The notes under the pieces were generated by a model. The model worked only from the letters and a program-made list of their open reading frames with translations, was not told where the DNA came from and made no database searches. Positions 1 to 4,928 of a DNA stretch of 35,543 nucleotides are shown piece after piece. The stretch comes from Bacteroidota bacterium (GTDB taxonomy: Bacteria > Bacteroidota > Bacteroidia > Bacteroidales > CG2-30-32-10). Made by a program: the position numbers and the translations under genes. How positions within the stretch are numbered: position 1 is the first letter of the stretch; each line of letters opens with the position of its first letter. The DNA lies in contig JAAXXA010000002.1 in NCBI GenBank assembly GCA_013334735.1, forward strand, positions 1 through 35,543, in the 5' to 3' direction.

Positions 1-106
1 ACCACGACCACGACCCCGACCTCGACCACGACCTCGACCTCGACCACGACCACGACCCCGACCTCGACCCCGACCACGACCACGACCACGACCCCGACCT
101 CGACCC
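1..106. repeat. Tandem hexamer array (ACCNCG) x17, cut by the window edge
   Basis: There are 17 consecutive ACCNCG units from base 1, with N limited to A, C or T. A 24-nt higher-order unit accacgaccacgaccccgacctcg recurs at 1-24, 43-66 and 79-102. Confidence 0.95.
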
Positions 107-124
107 TATAAAAAACAATCCTAA
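2..124 (+). CDS. Possible 3' end of a plus-strand ORF ending in a (Pro-Arg)n tail (partial)
   Basis: The frame starting at base 2 reads CCN CGA repeatedly, with the variable base at the Pro wobble position. It then reads CCC TAT AAA AAA CAA TCC TAA, with the stop at 122-124. The Gly-Arg frame on the minus strand is immediately preceded by TAG (108..106) and so has no start. A non-coding repeat is an equally open reading. Confidence 0.3.
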   Translation, partial: PRPRPRPRPRPRPRPRPRPRPRPRPRPRPRPRPRPYKKQS

Positions 125-136
125 CATATAAAATCC

Positions 137-442
137 TTATTTCTGAGCATCAGGAAGTCTAGTTATAAACGTAAAATCTGCTATAGAATCAGTATTAATC
201 CAAACAGCATTAACAAAAGGTTCTACTTCGGAAAACTCTTCTTTTTTAAGAGCATCTGAAAATCTACCTGAATCTGCAATCCAAGCCGCTTTTTCAAGTT
301 TAACAAATTTACCTTTTATTTCAGTTACTTTTCCAGTAATGTGATAAGTGACTGTGCGAATAAATACATTGTCCCCAATTTCAAAAGGCAAATCATTTTT
401 AACACCAAGTAATTCTTTCAAATCTTTCAAACTAAATTCCAT
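137..442 (-). CDS. Hypothetical early protein (101 aa)
   Basis: Intact ORF with AAGGAGG 8 nt upstream of the ATG at 442. I recognise no motif. Confidence 0.8.
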   Translation of the reverse strand: MEFSLKDLKELLGVKNDLPFEIGDNVFIRTVTYHITGKVTEIKGKFVKLEKAAWIADSGRFSDALKKEEFSEVEPFVNAVWINTDSIADFTFITRLPDAQK

Positions 443-496
443 TTTATTTTCCTCCTTAATAATCTGCCGTGGAACGAATCGAACGTTCTTGATATT

Positions 497-532
497 TAAT
501 TATAAGTGAGTGAGCAGATCAACTTATAATTA
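497..532. repeat. Perfect 11-bp inverted repeat TAATTATAAGT / ACTTATAATTA with a 14-nt loop
   Basis: Read directly at 497-507 and 522-532, in the leader of the 137-442 gene. Confidence 0.8.
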
Positions 533-589
533 TATCACGCAATGTGCTGCTGGACTAGCGGCTGACCTTCAGCTAACACGGCAACCAAA

Positions 590-615
590 TAAAAACATTG
601 CTGGTTTTTCCCAGC
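590..615 (-). terminator. Second, weaker hairpin+U-tract element
   Basis: GCTGG-GAAAAA-CCAGC is followed by AATGTTTTTATTT on the minus strand. It shares the 10-mer AAAACATTGC (592-601) with 857-866. Confidence 0.3.
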
Positions 616-702
616 TGTCAGAGGGTTTCCAATTCACCGTCCCCACAACACGCATATTCTACCAGTAGCCGGATAGACGCAGAAATAAAATACAGGTCTT
701 TT

Positions 703-773
703 GCGATTATATCGGATTTGAACCTTAGACATCCCTTTCAGGTGCTCTACCAAACTGAGCTAACTATAATCGC
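703..773 (-). ncRNA. tRNA-like element lacking a recognisable anticodon arm (not a canonical tRNA)
   Basis: The minus strand reads GCGATTATAGTTAGCTCAGTTTGGTAGAGCACCTGAAAGGGATGTCTAAGGTTCAAATCCGATATAATCGC. It has an acceptor-like helix GCGATTATA/TATAATCGC, a D arm GCTC-AGTTTGGTA-GAGC and a T loop GG-TTCAAAT-CC. The anticodon position holds only CCT-GAA-AGG, and the T stem has only 2 Watson-Crick pairs. Confidence 0.5.
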
Positions 774-856
774 TACTGGTACGCCGAAATGAAGTCGTCG
801 CGCCTGATGCCCAGCTACGCTTTACCCTTCCGTCCAGACTTACTATGGAAACCATT

Positions 857-884
857 AAAACATTGCCGTGATATCGCTCACGGC
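857..884 (-). terminator. Hairpin terminator after the ERF-like gene
   Basis: GCCGTGA-GCGATA-TCACGGC (7 bp) is followed on the minus strand by AATGTTTTAAT. On the plus strand the same hairpin is followed by CGGCGTTTTT, so it may work in both directions. Confidence 0.5.
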
Positions 885-892
885 CGGCGTTT

Positions 893-1534
893 TTAAAGGA
901 GAACTTGTTCAGGTACTTTTAATGGTTTATCTACAAATCCAACTTGATTTTCTTCAATCTTTTTATTCATTGATTTCATTATCTCGTCTATCTGAGATAC
1001 ATCTAATCCATGTACAGTGTTCTTATTTGCGTCGCCAGTAACATTCTTCATTATTTCCTGCATTTGTGACAATTTAATTTTGCTTGTTCTGACGGCCTCT
1101 TTTATCTGTTCATTAGCCAATTTACGAATTTGCTCATTAGGGTCGTCTACAGACAGTGTTTTTGACTTTTTTTCCGGCTGTGTTTGAGCTTTATTTATCT
1201 CATCGGCAGAAGCTATAGAATCAATAATTCCCAAACCTAAAAAACCAAGACATCTACCAACAGCCGATGTCTCGCAATTCTCCATTGCGCTTGTTTTGTT
1301 GATATATCCATCACCCCAAGTAGCTTGGGAATAGCCTGTGAAAAAACGCTCCGGCTTGTTAATATCTGGAATAACAGTTGCTTTTATTACAACCATGTCA
1401 TCATCTGTTTTAGAAACTAATTCAGTCCTGATACAACCTTGTGGATATAGCTTGTTAAATTCAAGCACTCTGTCAGAAACTAGGATATATTTTTTACCTT
1501 TAATATCTATTGCTTTGTCTTTAAGATCACTCAT
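893..1534 (-). CDS. Putative ERF/Rad52-superfamily single-strand annealing protein (213 aa from the internal Met)
   Basis: The start at 1534 has AAAGGTGG upstream and an ATGAGTGA overlap with the preceding ORF. The pattern VVIKATVI...TGYSQA...NKTSAMENCETSAVGRCLGFLGLGIIDSIASADE resembles the P22 Erf core (YYVKATATI...TGATSSYARKYCLNGLFGIDD) as I recall it. Confidence 0.5.
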   Translation of the reverse strand: MSDLKDKAIDIKGKKYILVSDRVLEFNKLYPQGCIRTELVSKTDDDMVVIKATVIPDINKPERFFTGYSQATWGDGYINKTSAMENCETSAVGRCLGFLGLGIIDSIASADEINKAQTQPEKKSKTLSVDDPNEQIRKLANEQIKEAVRTSKIKLSQMQEIMKNVTGDANKNTVHGLDVSQIDEIMKSMNKKIEENQVGFVDKPLKVPEQVLL

Positions 1535-1811
1535 AAAAACCACCTTTTCCGTATTCTTCTTTAGGCTCTTCCGCAATCTTTTGTTTTTTCTCATAAGCAA
1601 TAACTTCAATAGCTACTTTTTGAGATAATAAAGCTATGCTTCCAATATCCTGTACACCAAAAAAGTCAGTCTGTTTCCAATTTCCTTCTTTGTCTTTGTA
1701 GCTTTTTTGAAACTTAAAAGATTTTCTGGCATAGTTTTTCCCTTCTACGGGCTGCTCAAATAGAGCGCATTCTACATCTCCAAACTTCCATACACGTGTT
1801 GGTTTAGCCAT
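1527..1811 (-). CDS. Hypothetical 94-aa protein, translationally coupled to the ERF-like gene
   Basis: GAAGGAG lies upstream of the ATG at 1811. The stop overlaps the next start. A role as a small nucleic-acid-binding partner is only a guess from position. Confidence 0.75.
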   Translation of the reverse strand: MAKPTRVWKFGDVECALFEQPVEGKNYARKSFKFQKSYKDKEGNWKQTDFFGVQDIGSIALLSQKVAIEVIAYEKKQKIAEEPKEEYGKGGFYE

Positions 1812-1812
1812 T

Positions 1813-1956
1813 TTATACTCCTTCTTCTCTAATTTCGTCTACTTTTCTGTCCCAGTATTCATCTTCCAAATCTGCTATATCTTCATCATCCGCGTATTGG
1901 TCCTCAGGACAGCCTGCTAAGTGATAACCACTGCATAAACATACTTCACAAAACAT
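1813..1956 (-). CDS. Small Cys-containing acidic protein (47 aa, below the ORF-track cutoff)
   Basis: Hand translation gives MFCEVCLCSGYHLAGCPEDQYADDEDIADLEDEYWDRKVDEIREEGV. It fills the gap between neighbouring ORFs exactly, and its stop sits in the RBS of the next gene. Confidence 0.5.
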   Translation of the reverse strand: MFCEVCLCSGYHLAGCPEDQYADDEDIADLEDEYWDRKVDEIREEGV

Positions 1957-1957
1957 T

Positions 1958-2125
1958 TCAAAACTCCAATTCGTTTTCTACAAACTCTTCAAAGTCTGAG
2001 CGATGATAAAAAGTGATTATAACTTCTTTCATTTTAGTAATATCTAAATAAGGATATTTAGTTATCAATTCTTTCAATTTTTCATCTGAAATAAATAACT
2101 GCAAACTCCAATTTTTCATTTTCAT
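1958..2125 (-). CDS. Hypothetical 55-aa protein (start moved to MKMKNW)
   Basis: GAGGAG lies upstream of the ATG at 2125. The longer ORF-track version would overlap the zinc-ribbon ORF. Confidence 0.6.
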   Translation of the reverse strand: MKMKNWSLQLFISDEKLKELITKYPYLDITKMKEVIITFYHRSDFEEFVENELEF

Positions 2126-2126
2126 A

Positions 2127-2273
2127 TTATTTCTCCTCTGGGATATTAAAAGATATGATATATCCGCAATTATCACATTTATAATTTTCAATATCTTCAG
2201 TTCTTTTTATAAATGTTGCCGTTGTTTCCAAGTCACAGAACGGGCACCAAAAAGGATCGATTTTATTATTCAT
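2127..2273 (-). CDS. Zinc-ribbon protein (48 aa)
   Basis: Hand translation gives MNNKIDPFWCPFCDLETTATFIKRTEDIENYKCDNCGYIISFNIPEEK, with CPFC...CDNC pairs. It has an ATGA start/stop overlap with the upstream gene. Confidence 0.6.
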   Translation of the reverse strand: MNNKIDPFWCPFCDLETTATFIKRTEDIENYKCDNCGYIISFNIPEEK

Positions 2274-2536
2274 TTTGCTTTCCTGTATTTTTTAATAATC
2301 TCGTTTTTTCTCCACTTGAATTGATATAATCTTGCTATCCAGAGAAAAAATGTTCCAACTAACCAAATTCCAACATACACTTGCCATAAAATGGTATAGA
2401 ATTTGAGCATATACCAGAAACTTTTTATTCCCCAGGAATAGGCTATCAAATACAAAACCAGACTTCCTCCCAATCCTACGATCAACATTGTAATTCCAAA
2501 AATTTTAATATCTCTTTTCATGATTTTCCAGATCAT
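2270..2536 (-). CDS. Small integral membrane protein (88 aa, about 3 hydrophobic helices)
   Basis: The start at MIWKIMK has GGAG upstream and an ATGA overlap with the preceding stop. The translation contains long hydrophobic stretches. Confidence 0.75.
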   Translation of the reverse strand: MIWKIMKRDIKIFGITMLIVGLGGSLVLYLIAYSWGIKSFWYMLKFYTILWQVYVGIWLVGTFFLWIARLYQFKWRKNEIIKKYRKAK

Positions 2537-2748
2537 TTTGATTCTCCGCAATACTTTTCAAAATTCTGTTCCCATTTCTTTTGAAAATCCGCGAATGATT
2601 GAACAGTAACATGATTGTAATTCTTGATAACATTTTCGATTGCTTTTTCGTAGAACCATTGAAGCCAAGTAATGATTTCTTCGCTGCTTTTGTTTTGTTT
2701 CTCCATAACGTCAAGGTTGAACTGAAGAGCTAACTCGTAACTACTCAT
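2533..2748 (-). CDS. Hypothetical 71-aa protein
   Basis: The start at MSSYEL follows GGAGG-TTTTT, immediately after the T8 tract of the leader terminator. Confidence 0.75.
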   Translation of the reverse strand: MSSYELALQFNLDVMEKQNKSSEEIITWLQWFYEKAIENVIKNYNHVTVQSFADFQKKWEQNFEKYCGESK

Positions 2749-2758
2749 AAAAACCTCC

Positions 2759-2821
2759 AAAAAAAATTAGCCACAACCCCGACCGATTTCTCGGCCCCCG
2801 CAAAGGAAGGGCTGTGGCTAA
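2759..2821 (-). terminator. Intrinsic terminator in the leader of the 2748 gene
   Basis: On the minus strand a 13-bp stem forms (TTAGCCACAGCCC/GGGTTGTGGCTAA, one G-U). Inside it is a 12-nt bulge and a GGCCGA-GAAA-TCGGTC hairpin. The structure is followed by T8 and then GGAGG. Confidence 0.6.
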
Positions 2822-2829
2822 TAAGCCGG

Positions 2830-2863
2830 CCTAATATTTGTTTTGCGGGTGCCAAATATTAGG
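2830..2863 (-). promoter_or_regulatory. Leader hairpin (11-bp perfect stem CCTAATATTTG/CAAATATTAGG)
   Basis: Read directly. Its loop CCCGCAAA (minus) is complementary to TTTGCGGG in the bulge of the downstream terminator. Confidence 0.6.
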
Positions 2864-2923
2864 TCAAAAACTTTTTACAGTTTTTAATTTATTTTTGGAA
2901 AATAATTGATTTATTATTTATTA

Positions 2924-2951
2924 ATTATAACTACATTTTTTAATTTGTCAA
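2924..2951 (-). promoter_or_regulatory. Sigma70-type promoter (TTGACA-16-TATAAT) pointing left
   Basis: The -35 is at 2951..2946 and the -10 at 2929..2924. It overlaps the last codons of the RHH gene. Confidence 0.6.
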
Positions 2952-2952
2952 G

Positions 2953-3108
2953 TCATTTTTTATTTTTTTCTAAAAATTCAATTAATATAGTTTTAACAAG
3001 GTTTGAAATTGGCCTATTTTGTCTTACAGCCTCATCGTTAAGACCCTTCAATAATTCTTCAGAAATGCGAAGATTAAACCTTTTGTTATTTATTTGTCCA
3101 ACATCCAT
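2953..3108 (-). CDS. Ribbon-helix-helix (CopG/Arc-like) DNA-binding protein, 51 aa
   Basis: Hand translation gives MDVGQINNKRFNLRISEELLKGLNDEAVRQNRPISNLVKTILIEFLEKNKK. This fits the classic RHH pattern (beta strand KRFNLRI, then two helices). AAGGACGG lies upstream. The ORF is below the ORF-track cutoff. Confidence 0.75.
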   Translation of the reverse strand: MDVGQINNKRFNLRISEELLKGLNDEAVRQNRPISNLVKTILIEFLEKNKK

Positions 3109-3150
3109 AATAACCGTCCTTTTATAAATTTTGCAGCCATTTTAGGAAAT

Positions 3151-3190
3151 TTGCACGACCCTTCCATAAATTTATGCTTTTTTGCACGAC
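3151..3190. promoter_or_regulatory. Direct repeat TTGCACGAC x2 (period 31 nt) upstream of the RHH gene; operator-like
   Basis: Copies lie at 3151-3159 and 3182-3190 (GTCGTGCAA on the minus strand). The spacing is about 3 helical turns. Confidence 0.4.
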
Positions 3191-3244
3191 TTCGGACGTG
3201 CTTTAAGTGGTTTAATGCGGCATTGCTGCCGCACCCGTCACCAT

Positions 3245-3340
3245 TTAATAATTTTGTATAATTAGTCTGTCAGTTCCTTCAATTTTTATGACTGTTGTAT
3301 GATTTTCTAAATCTTCCGTAAATCCTATAGTTACCTTCAT
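3245..3340 (-). CDS. Possible 31-aa ORF
   Basis: GGAAGGAG lies upstream of the ATG at 3340. The translation is MKVTIGFTEDLENHTTVIKIEGTDRLIIQNY. It is very short, so confidence is low. Confidence 0.35.
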   Translation of the reverse strand: MKVTIGFTEDLENHTTVIKIEGTDRLIIQNY

Positions 3341-3352
3341 AAAATCTCCTTC

Positions 3353-3517
3353 CTATTTACTTTTAGGTTTTTTCTCTTGCTGTTGGTTGTTATCATATGC
3401 GCTAGAAGCGATTGCAACGGCCTGCTCTTGAGATTTACCCTCATTGATAAGGATTGAGGCTATTCTTGCGATGTATTGATCTTTCGTTTCTCCTGTATTT
3501 GGATTCGGTATCGGCAT
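3353..3517 (-). CDS. Small protein (54 aa)
   Basis: The translation is MPIPNPNTGETKDQYIARIASILINEGKSQEQAVAIASSAYDNNQQQEKKPKSK. It is the first ORF downstream of the 3581 promoter. Confidence 0.55.
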   Translation of the reverse strand: MPIPNPNTGETKDQYIARIASILINEGKSQEQAVAIASSAYDNNQQQEKKPKSK

Positions 3518-3551
3518 AAAAATACCCCCAAGATGTTTTTATCTTAGTGGT

Positions 3552-3581
3552 ATTATAAAGCAGATAATTATCGGAATTCAA
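3552..3581 (-). promoter_or_regulatory. Sigma70-type promoter (TTGAAT-18-TATAAT) with the palindrome GATAATTATC in the spacer
   Basis: The -35 is at 3581..3576 and the -10 at 3557..3552. A perfect 10-bp palindrome sits between them. Confidence 0.55.
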
Positions 3582-3588
3582 TAGTTTT

Positions 3589-3948
3589 CTATTTTATTTT
3601 TGAATATTTTACCCTATTTATAGTACAACCTTTTACTGTTAATAAAACAATAAACACCGATATTTTTCCACATTTTGAACATTTTATTAATTGTTCATTC
3701 TTTGTTTCGTTTTTTACCCTATTCCCGTATGCCAACGAACAACATTCCGGGCAATAATAAGGGCGCACCAAGCTGAAAGTAGAATGAAGCTCTTTGTTTA
3801 TTTCTTCTATTGCTTCTATGGCATATAAAACCGTTGATTTTGGGTTGTTAACAATACAGGCCACAGGGCTTAAAAGACCGGAAACTCTATGGATTGTTTT
3901 CCCGTCGCATTTTGCTAAAACTTCGGACTTAAACTCTACGTATTTCAT
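3589..3948 (-). CDS. Hypothetical zinc-ribbon protein (119 aa)
   Basis: It has CPEC...CSKC pairs. GGAAGGGG lies upstream of the ATG at 3948. Confidence 0.8.
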   Translation of the reverse strand: MKYVEFKSEVLAKCDGKTIHRVSGLLSPVACIVNNPKSTVLYAIEAIEEINKELHSTFSLVRPYYCPECCSLAYGNRVKNETKNEQLIKCSKCGKISVFIVLLTVKGCTINRVKYSKIK

Positions 3949-3973
3949 AAAAATCCCCTTCCTACTTTAAGTA

Positions 3974-4008
3974 GGAGAAAACGGGCCGGGTAATTACTCC
4001 GACCCGGC
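3974..4008 (-). terminator. Hairpin GCCGGGT/ACCCGGC followed by CCGTTTTCTCC
   Basis: A 7-bp GC-rich stem at 4008..4002 / 3991..3985 is followed by a short T tract on the minus strand. It lies downstream of the acidic gene. Confidence 0.45.
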
Positions 4009-4096
4009 GGCTTACCACACCGCAAGGCGACATTAACCGGCTTCGGACGGTTCCTTTCGGAGCGTTTTAATTCCCCCTTTCTGGGGAACCCGTCAA

Positions 4097-4594
4097 CTAA
4101 TAATTATATCTATAACATACATATCTAGACCAATCACAACCGCCAAGATCATCGCTATGGTCTGCAACATCAAGCGGGTCAACTGCATACATAATACCAT
4201 AAGTTATGTCGTCTATATCAATTGTATCCTCAAAGTACTCAGCGTTGCTGTCGTCTCTCATCCCGTCTTGGTAAGGTTGTACATTTAATTTTAGCAATTC
4301 TTCAATAATTTCCGCATCTTTTGCGTTGTCCAACTCAACTGCGTCGTCTGGGACATAAGGATTAGGACTGCCATAGCTAAATTCCTCCGTGTCTACGATC
4401 TCATAAGTTGGTCTGTCCGCCTCTCCATGAGCAAGATAATAAGTCCCGTCCTCTAAGTTGTCAATTACTAATTGTGCCTCTGCCTCTGTCTCGTACTCAT
4501 CACAGTTACTATCAGGATTGCTATTATACCAGTGATCAATATGAGGTGGCAAACTGCCCCTGTAATAACAAGGCGTTACTTTAATCCTATACAT
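4097..4594 (-). CDS. Highly acidic early protein (165 aa), first gene of the leftward operon
   Basis: GGAAGGAG lies upstream. By my count there are about 39 Asp+Glu against 9 Arg+Lys. Confidence 0.85.
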   Translation of the reverse strand: MYRIKVTPCYYRGSLPPHIDHWYNSNPDSNCDEYETEAEAQLVIDNLEDGTYYLAHGEADRPTYEIVDTEEFSYGSPNPYVPDDAVELDNAKDAEIIEELLKLNVQPYQDGMRDDSNAEYFEDTIDIDDITYGIMYAVDPLDVADHSDDLGGCDWSRYVCYRYNY

Positions 4595-4713
4595 ATAATC
4601 TCCTTCCCTCTATTGAGGGAGTGTTACAACCGGAGTAATTAGTTCCGATTGACCCCCTTTTCTTAGGAGGATTTTGAGACCGCAAAACTTTGCGCTCTCT
4701 GTTGTACGCCCAC

Positions 4714-4759
4714 AGTATGACACAGATTTCTAAGTTTGTCAATCCCACTTTCAGTCGGA
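4714..4759 (-). promoter_or_regulatory. Leftward promoter P_A: TCCGACT element + TTGACA-17-TGtCATACT
   Basis: The -35 is at 4742..4737, the -10 at 4719..4714 with an extended TG, and the upstream element AGTCGGA (plus) at 4753-4759. The same architecture occurs at 28675-28719 and 31624-31669. Confidence 0.6.
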
Positions 4760-4928
4760 TTTTTACAAAAATGGGAGAAAATGCTTGTAGATCAAGGAAA
4801 AAAACTTTAAAAAATATTTTTTTTTGTTCAAAAACCCCGACCAAACGTCGGTATTTATGCCAATAATATATATTTAATTATATATAATATAAGTAATAAA
4901 AAAATAGTTGAAAAAAAACAAACTCGTA

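Larger units (their letters stand above)
590..856 (-). ncRNA. Candidate structured non-coding RNA unit carrying a tRNA-like module
   Basis: No credible ORF lies here and G+C is visibly higher than in the flanks. The unit is bounded by two similar hairpin+AATGTTTT elements (857-884 and 590-615). A 9-bp helix (661-669/772-780) encloses the tRNA-like part. The strand is inferred from the tRNA-like orientation and the flanking genes. Confidence 0.4.

Noticed and set aside
1-106. Could the left-edge repeat be a CRISPR array or microsatellite artefact?
   Set aside because: The unit is 6 nt with no spacers, so it is not a CRISPR array. The regular 24-nt higher-order pattern argues against random slippage noise. 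It is kept as a repeat with two open interpretations.
703-773. Calling this a normal tRNA gene
   Set aside because: I could not fold a 5-bp anticodon stem with a 7-nt loop, the T stem has only two Watson-Crick pairs, and 4 nt rather than 2 separate the 9-bp acceptor-like helix from the D stem. It is reported as tRNA-like only.
598-792. 64-aa plus-strand ORF in the non-coding island
   Set aside because: It has no RBS, it runs antisense through the tRNA-like element, and its Ser/Pro-rich composition is typical of a chance ORF in GC-richer sequence.
893-1609. Long N-terminal extensions of ORF-track entries (893-1609, 1958-2191, 2270-2551, 2533-2760, 28209-28556, 29741-30319, 34178-34936)
   Set aside because: In each case an internal start has a clear Shine-Dalgarno and/or ATGA-type coupling to the upstream stop. 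The extension would overlap the neighbouring gene.
2505-2714. 69-aa minus-strand ORF in an alternative frame
   Set aside because: It overlaps two ORFs that have proper RBSs and start/stop coupling, and it has no RBS itself.
2906-3127. 73-aa plus-strand ORF
   Set aside because: It lies antisense to the well-formed RHH gene and the 2951 promoter. Its hydrophobic low-complexity translation is typical of AT-rich antisense sequence.
4587-4844. 85-aa minus-strand ORF upstream of the acidic gene
   Set aside because: It spans the P_A promoter, its leader hairpins and the RBS of the next gene. It has no RBS of its own.
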